Made by a program: the position numbers and the translations under genes. From positions 64,001 to 128,000 of the forward strand of contig CAVWXH010000003.1 of the NCBI GenBank assembly GCA_963758915.1: DNA of 64,000 nucleotides, read 5' to 3'. The notes beneath the pieces are model-generated. The model saw only the letters and a program-made list of their open reading frames with translations, searched no databases and was not told the origin of the DNA. Shown one piece after another: positions 63,391-64,000 of this stretch; within the stretch, counting starts at the first letter, position 1; each line of letters opens with the position of its first letter. This DNA comes from an uncultured Methanomicrobiales archaeon (GTDB taxonomy: Archaea > Halobacteriota > Methanomicrobia > Methanomicrobiales > Methanospirillaceae).

Positions 63391-64000
63391 ATGCATATCC
63401 GGTCGCTCCATGTTCTCCATGACACATTCCCGACGGGGGATTTTTACCCGTTTAACCTTGAGATCTTCAAAAAGACCGATATATTGCAGTTCAACCGGCC
63501 CATCACGTTCTTCATCGGTGAAAACGGTACCGGCAAGTCAACGCTGCTCAGGGCAATCGCCCACAGCGCCGGCATTCATATATGGGGAGAGCATGAGGGC
63601 AGGATTGATCGTCACAACCCGTACGAAGACCTGTTGTACCAGTCTCTCCGGATCGAATGGATTGACGAAAAAGTCCCAGGCTCCTTCTTTGCCTCGGAAG
63701 AATTCCACCATTTCTCCGAGATCCTTGATGCATGGGGTGCGGCCGACCCAGGCTGCCTGAAATATTTCGGTAACAGTTCTCTTCTTGTCAAATCCCATGG
63801 CCAGTCGCACATGACGTTCTTTGAGAACCGCTTCAGGAGAAAAGGGCTCTACCTGATGGATGAACCGGAGAACGCTCTGTCGCCCAAAAAGCAGCTCGAG
63901 CCTGCTGCGGCTCCTGCGGCAGTTCATCATGCGGGGAGATGTGCAATTTATCATCGCCACCCACTCCCCAATCCTTCTCGCATTTCCGGATGCGGTGATT
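63391..64000 (+). CDS. ABC/AAA-type predicted ATPase; partial at window edge, +1 frameshift at about 63901
   Basis: MHIRSL..YPFNL..FIGENGTGKSTLL..SHGQS..LMDEPENALSP; after an extra C continues LLRLL..QFIIATHSPILLAFP; absent from the ORF track. Confidence 0.85.
   Translation, partial: MHIRSLHVLHDTFPTGDFYPFNLEIFKKTDILQFNRPITFFIGENGTGKSTLLRAIAHSAGIHIWGEHEGRIDRHNPYEDLLYQSLRIEWIDEKVPGSFFASEEFHHFSEILDAWGAADPGCLKYFGNSSLLVKSHGQSHMTFFENRFRRKGLYLMDEPENALSPKKQLEPAAAPAAVHHAGRCAIYHRHPLPNPSRISGCGD

Overview
Chromosomal window from a methanogenic archaeon, most likely Methanomicrobiales (methanogenesis marker 12, por operon, L7Ae-S28e-L24e-ndk, EF-1alpha-S10, CetZ, DUF3821, phosphoribulokinase, stand-alone Cas1). 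Most of it is core metabolism: reductive hexulose-phosphate pathway genes (prk, class I FBPase, class II aldolase, FBP aldolase/phosphatase, hps), cobamide genes (BzaF/ThiC-like, cobT, cobZ, cobS) and a membrane glycosylation cluster. The accessory region at about 13-21.5 kb and the intergenic DNA hold the notable signals: (1) an 11-6-11 dif-like site directly upstream of xerA; (2) an IS5/ISH1-type element whose transposase gene was split by a deletion-inversion that used the end of a neighbouring MITE, leaving an 8-bp duplication and an ORF that can be rebuilt in frame; (3) at least 9 MITE copies sharing those IS ends, with conserved internal hairpins and one compensatory base pair; (4) a solo Cas1 with the catalytic His replaced by Asn and no cas2 or array. 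Two genes (prk and the last ATPase) carry single-base frameshifts that may be sequencing errors. All product calls come from motif recognition only; no database searches were run.
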